The notes under the pieces were generated by a model. That model was not told the DNA's origin. It worked only from the letters and a program-made list of their open reading frames with translations, and did no database searches. From the NCBI GenBank assembly GCA_963816145.1, contig CAWFJP010000011.1, forward strand, positions 384,001 to 448,000: DNA of 64,000 nt, in the 5' to 3' direction. The DNA is from an uncultured delta proteobacterium. GTDB lineage: Bacteria; Desulfobacterota; Binatia; UBA9968. Shown piece by piece: positions 59,709 to 64,000 of the stretch. Each line of letters begins with the position of its first letter. Position 1 is the stretch's first letter. The translations under genes were made by a program, and so were the position numbers.

Positions 59709-60425
59709 ATGCGCTACGAATTGTATTATTGGCCGGGGATACAGGGACGCGGAGAATTTATTCGGCTCGCTTTGGAAGACGCTGGTGCGGATTACGTGGA
59801 AGTAGCGCGTCAACCCCAAGGGATGGCGTCGATGTCGCGCTTAATGGAAAGCCCGTCGGTCAAGCGGCCCCCCTTCGCGCCGCCGTTTTTGAAAGCCGGC
59901 AAGCTGGTCATTGGCCAGACGGCGAACATTCTCTTATTTCTTGGCCCGCGCCTCCGACTCGCACCGAAACAAGACGCCGGCCGGCTTTGGGCGCATCAAT
60001 TACAACTGACCATCGCCGATTGGGTCGCCGAAGTGCACGACAGCCACCATCCGATCGGGGGCGGTTTGTATTACGAAGATCAAAAGCGTGAAGCCAAACG
60101 GCGGGCGGGGGATTTCACCGCCGAGCGGCTGCCGAAGTTCCTGAGTTACTTCGAACAGGTCTTAGAGCGCAACGCCAGCCGCGTGCTCGTCGGCAACGCG
60201 GTTTCCTACGTCGACCTTTCGCTCTTTCAAATGATCGAAGGGCTGCGCTATGCATTTCCCCGCGCGATGACCAAGCAAGAACGCAAACACCGGCGCGTGA
60301 TCGCGCTGCACGACCGAGTTGCAGCACGACCACGGCTCGCCAAATATCTTGCGTCCGAGCGGCGCTTGCCCTTCAATCAGGATGGGATCTTTCGCCACTA
60401 TCCCGAGTTGGACGATAGGTCGTAA
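59709..60425 (+). CDS. Glutathione S-transferase
   Basis: YYWPGIQGRGEFIRLALE, PPFAPPFL, QTANIL, SYVDLSLFQ; GGAGG RBS. Confidence 0.93.
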   Translation: MRYELYYWPGIQGRGEFIRLALEDAGADYVEVARQPQGMASMSRLMESPSVKRPPFAPPFLKAGKLVIGQTANILLFLGPRLRLAPKQDAGRLWAHQLQLTIADWVAEVHDSHHPIGGGLYYEDQKREAKRRAGDFTAERLPKFLSYFEQVLERNASRVLVGNAVSYVDLSLFQMIEGLRYAFPRAMTKQERKHRRVIALHDRVAARPRLAKYLASERRLPFNQDGIFRHYPELDDRS

Positions 60426-60441
60426 CCTATGTCGACGGCGC

Positions 60442-60972
60442 TCACGACCGAGCATAAGCCGAGCGCCGGATTATTCCAGAATGAGGCCACGACTCGAAAA
60501 CGGGCAGCTTAAGCAGCACGGGACAGGGTAATCTCGAGATCATTTTCAGTAGCTTTCCGCGCGCCATCAGGCGGGGGAAGAACGGTTTCTTTCCATCCGC
60601 AAGCACCACCAGATCGATTCTCTCGGTATTGGCGACTTCCACAATTTTGTCCTCTTTGTTGCCGAGGACTACCCTTCTACTGATTTTCAGCCGGCCGGGG
60701 TTTCTCACAACCTCCTCGATAAATCGGTAAAGATCCAATGCTTTCTCGCGCAACAAGCGATCGAGGGGGATCCCGGCGGGACGATTTAGTGCAGGCAATC
60801 CTTCCATCACGGCCAGAAAGTCCAAGAATGTTTCCGCTTCCTTCTTTTGCGCCACGTGCAGTACTAAGAGTTCAGCTTGGGTTTCCTTGGCCAAGGAGAC
60901 CGCGTATTTGAGTCCGTCAGCGGAATCCTCCGAAAAGTTGACGGGAATAAGAATTTTTTGAACTTCGGGCAT
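60442..60972 (-). CDS. Universal stress protein
   Basis: KILIPVNFSEDS, LLVLHV, IDLVVL, LPCPVL; AGGAGG RBS. Confidence 0.85.
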   Translation of the reverse strand: MPEVQKILIPVNFSEDSADGLKYAVSLAKETQAELLVLHVAQKKEAETFLDFLAVMEGLPALNRPAGIPLDRLLREKALDLYRFIEEVVRNPGRLKISRRVVLGNKEDKIVEVANTERIDLVVLADGKKPFFPRLMARGKLLKMISRLPCPVLLKLPVFESWPHSGIIRRSAYARS

Positions 60973-61068
60973 AAACCTAACCTCCTAATTGACTTAAGAA
61001 ACAACTATCCAAATCGACTACAGCCGATGACTTGAAGAAGCAGACGTTCCGGACGAGAACCGGTGAAG

Positions 61069-61434
61069 TCAGATATTGAGAACCGATTTTGAAATGTAAC
61101 GAGAGACTTTAGGTGCAAGAATCCCTAGAAATACATGTGGGACGACGATGACACTTGGCCGCGCGACGCCGGCGTTTTCACTGGTAGTTAAAAAACCTTC
61201 CGAGCGCGGCGGCAGTTCGCCATACATTTCAAGAATGAATTGGGCGGCCGTCGTCGCCGGAATATTTATTTTAGCTTTGGCGGCGCCAGCATTGTCGTGC
61301 GAGGTTGCCTTTAGCACTGCCGGAATAGGCTGTGCGCTCCGGTCGATAGCCCCGCTGGTGAAAAGGCTGGGAGAGAGAAATGCAAGGCTTAACAAAACCA
61401 ACGCAGCCAATAATATTGTCTTCACGCGTGACAT
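61069..61434 (-). CDS. Hypothetical secreted/membrane protein
   Basis: 121 aa ORF with N-terminal hydrophobic signal. Confidence 0.55.
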   Translation of the reverse strand: MSRVKTILLAALVLLSLAFLSPSLFTSGAIDRSAQPIPAVLKATSHDNAGAAKAKINIPATTAAQFILEMYGELPPRSEGFLTTSENAGVARPSVIVVPHVFLGILAPKVSRYISKSVLNI

Positions 61435-61567
61435 AAAAACATAACGATAGACTCAAGCGTAACATTGATTCGGGCGGTATCAAGACACTCAAGCCTCGAA
61501 AACAAATTGTCATCGAAATGTAACATGTCGCTCGAAACGTAAGATTATTGAGGGCAGGAACAGGGGC

Positions 61568-61866
61568 GCGGCTGCTGAAATTCCCGAGTTATTTCGAGCA
61601 CATCTTCGAGCGCAACGGCATCCGCGTGCTCGTCGGCAACACGGTCTGCTACGTCGACCTGTCGCTCTTCCAGATGATCGAAGGACCGCGCTACGCGTTT
61701 CCCCGCGCCGTGATCAAGCAGGAACGTAAACACCGGCGCCTGATCGTGCTGCGCGATCGAGTGGCGGCGCGCCCGAGGCTCGCGGCCTATCTAGCGTCCG
61801 AGCGTCGCTTGCCCTTCAATCAGGAAGAGATCTTTCGCCGCTATCCGGAGTTGGATGATCGGTCGT
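61568..61866 (+). pseudogene. Second copy of the GST 3' portion
   Basis: Aligns with 60125-60423 (RL.KF.SYFE...YVDLSLFQMIEG...YPELDDRS); 5' half and stop codon absent. Confidence 0.9.
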
Positions 61867-62197
61867 GCGGCTGGTCTCAACTTCCCTGTCCAAACAAATT
61901 GGCAAAAATGCAAGCTGTCATCGTCTGACTCGATTTGTTCACACCTCGCCGCCTCTAACGCCAAAAATTTTTTCATCAGCCATCTGGCATGGCCAAAAGA
62001 ATCTGGACTTTTCTACCGCATCGCTGTAGGATTTCGGCTGCGACTTTGCAGGTTCGTTTCCGCATCTCGAGCAAACATTCATTTCGATTCGATGTGGGGC
62101 AGTCGTTTAGCCACTCGCCAGGTGGATAGTTAGATTTAGCCGTCTTTCTTTCCCGCAGCCCGTCTCCATCCTTAGCAAGCGTCGCGGTTTAAACGCC

Positions 62198-63337
62198 GTG
62201 GACAGGTTAATGTCACTGCTAATTCTAGTTCTGTGCCTTTGCCGCACCTTGGCATTCGCACAAGCGGAAGTTTCCGACGCGTTTCCATCGGAAATTCCCG
62301 ATGCGACAGAACTCTTTGCAAAATCGTTCGCCGGCATCAGTGGGGCGCAAATCAATCTCACGCCGCCGTCGTCGAAGCAACTTCTTGCCTTGGAGTTCGG
62401 CTCCAAGCTAGTGGAATTGAAAGCGACCTACTTTGAGAACCGTCTGGAGCAACCGGCGCTCCTCGGCAGCGTGGGCGATCATGGTGATCTCAAAGGGCGG
62501 GGGAAATATGCCGATTTACTGGCCGTATCCTCACAATTTGGCGGCAAACTCATCGGCGAGGCCGAAGCCGCCTACAGCACGCTCGGCTTCCCGGCATCGA
62601 GCGATCAGCTACCCATAATGACCAGGTTAGAAGTTCACGGAAGCTGGGGAAAGGCGGGTTATGGATTGTCCAATCGCTCTTCCGGCCCCGGTTATGTATC
62701 GCCCGCTGGCGTCAAGATCGACCACGCGCGCGATGAACGGCAACTCTGGGCGGACTATGACTTGAGCCCATATCGGGTTCGCGGCGCCGTTGGTGAAATG
62801 TGGGAAGAAAACGCTACAACCCATCAATTGACCCTTACCAGAACGACGGCGACATCCCTTTACCTGAACAAACCGAGCTGGAACGCCGATTTGTCGTCGA
62901 GTTATTCAACGGTAGCGAACAGCGAACATTTGGATCAAAGGACTCTGGCGTTCACCAATCGACTTTCCTTCACCTACCGGTTCACTTCGCTGTTTACGCT
63001 TGAGCCCAACCTGAGCTTCAAGCAGGAATGGGCGCCGATCACGGGACTTAAGACCGACACAGGTTCGGCAGGTTTCGGTTTAACTTTTACGCCTTCTCGC
63101 GACCTGCAATTGATCGGACGCGTTTCTTACGCCCGCGACTCGAGCGATGACCCGCTGAGAGCGGGATCGATGGTAAATGGCGCCACTGCTTTGAATTGGA
63201 TACTCGGTAAATCTTTTTTGGGCGAGCAATCGCTGTCGCTGCAACTGGAATACAAGAACGAATCCCGACTTACGATACCGGACAATCAGCAGGCAAATTT
63301 CACCGGATCGGTTCAGTTCAAGCTCCTGGGCTTTTGA
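62198..63337 (+). CDS. Putative outer-membrane beta-barrel protein
   Basis: Signal peptide (AFA), many alternating amphipathic strands, C-terminal Phe (...GSVQFKLLGF). Confidence 0.7.
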   Translation: MDRLMSLLILVLCLCRTLAFAQAEVSDAFPSEIPDATELFAKSFAGISGAQINLTPPSSKQLLALEFGSKLVELKATYFENRLEQPALLGSVGDHGDLKGRGKYADLLAVSSQFGGKLIGEAEAAYSTLGFPASSDQLPIMTRLEVHGSWGKAGYGLSNRSSGPGYVSPAGVKIDHARDERQLWADYDLSPYRVRGAVGEMWEENATTHQLTLTRTTATSLYLNKPSWNADLSSSYSTVANSEHLDQRTLAFTNRLSFTYRFTSLFTLEPNLSFKQEWAPITGLKTDTGSAGFGLTFTPSRDLQLIGRVSYARDSSDDPLRAGSMVNGATALNWILGKSFLGEQSLSLQLEYKNESRLTIPDNQQANFTGSVQFKLLGF

Positions 63338-63599
63338 GCGGCAGACTCTCCGTCGAGAGCAATGACGGTCAGGACTCCTGATTCCTTATTTATCGCTGGG
63401 TAGCTGAGGAGATTCCAACTGCGCCGTCCAATTTTGAGTTTGTCCTCATCGAGGATTCCCGTTCGGCATACTGGTCAGACGATTCATCGGCGCAAGATAC
63501 TCCGACCCGGCGGCCTTAAACCCGCGCATTCGCCAAGTCTAACCTGAGCGAGGCTAAGAAAATGCAACGTCCTGCTCGACGTCGATAGTTTTCCGCACT

Positions 63600-63836
63600 G
63601 TCGGCAACACGGTCTGCTACGTCGACCTGTCGCTCTTCCAGATGATCGAAGGACCGTGCTACGCGTTTCCCCGCGCCGTGATCAAGCTGGAGCGCATACA
63701 CCGGCGCGTGCTCGCGCTACACGACCGAGTCGCAACGCGCCCCCGCCTCGCCGCCTATCTCGCGTCCGACCGGCGCTTGTCCTTCAATCAGGAAGAGATC
63801 TTTCGCCGCTATCCGGAGTTGGATGATCGGTCGTAA
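63600..63836 (+). pseudogene. Third copy of the GST 3' portion
   Basis: Aligns with 60189-60425 from VGN to DDRS-TAA. Confidence 0.9.
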
Positions 63837-64000
63837 GAGAGCGACCGCATGTCCGATAACGGCACTGGGAACTGAATCAAAACTTGGGCTCGAGTCGAAC
63901 AACCAAAAACACCGATTGGTTCGAGAATAGTCAAGCTGCAAGCGTCCGGTGTAGTGATTCGGTTCGACCGAGATCTCTCACTGCGTTGGATATCACAAAT

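Noticed and set aside
60125-63836. GST repeats as a diversity-generating retroelement TR/VR pair
   Set aside because: Differences are not adenine-specific, many are synonymous, and no reverse transcriptase is present

Overview
Bacterial chromosomal window with moderately high GC. The repeated SsuA/NMT1-type substrate-binding proteins, the amidohydrolases and the intergenic repeat types suggest Candidatus Binatia (inference only). Main contents: (1) a giant cytoplasmic histidine kinase of about 3,380 aa with 18 tandem GAF domains, followed by a single-domain response regulator and a REC-class III nucleotidyl cyclase; (2) a large class A PBP-like gene, queE and a double-length uvrA; (3) an accessory/defence island of about 14 kb (26.0-40.0 kb) with a type I RM operon (hsdM-hsdS-fic-hsdR-M48), a DUF6883/DUF4926 pair, tiny remnants of radA-, darT-, type IIG RM- and DprA-like genes, a truncated IS1380 transposase and a DUF4338(DruA/Mom-like)-ISAs1 transposase with an A_AAA_AAG -1 frameshift site; (4) metabolic and transport genes; (5) a stress/envelope cluster in which the 3' half of a glutathione S-transferase gene occurs three times, separated by unrelated cargo genes. 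Several families of short palindromic repeats lie between genes, and two are inserted in frame in coding sequence. Five genes are broken by net +1 indels, most likely long-read errors. No rRNA, tRNA or CRISPR array was found. All family calls come from motif recognition, not from database searches.
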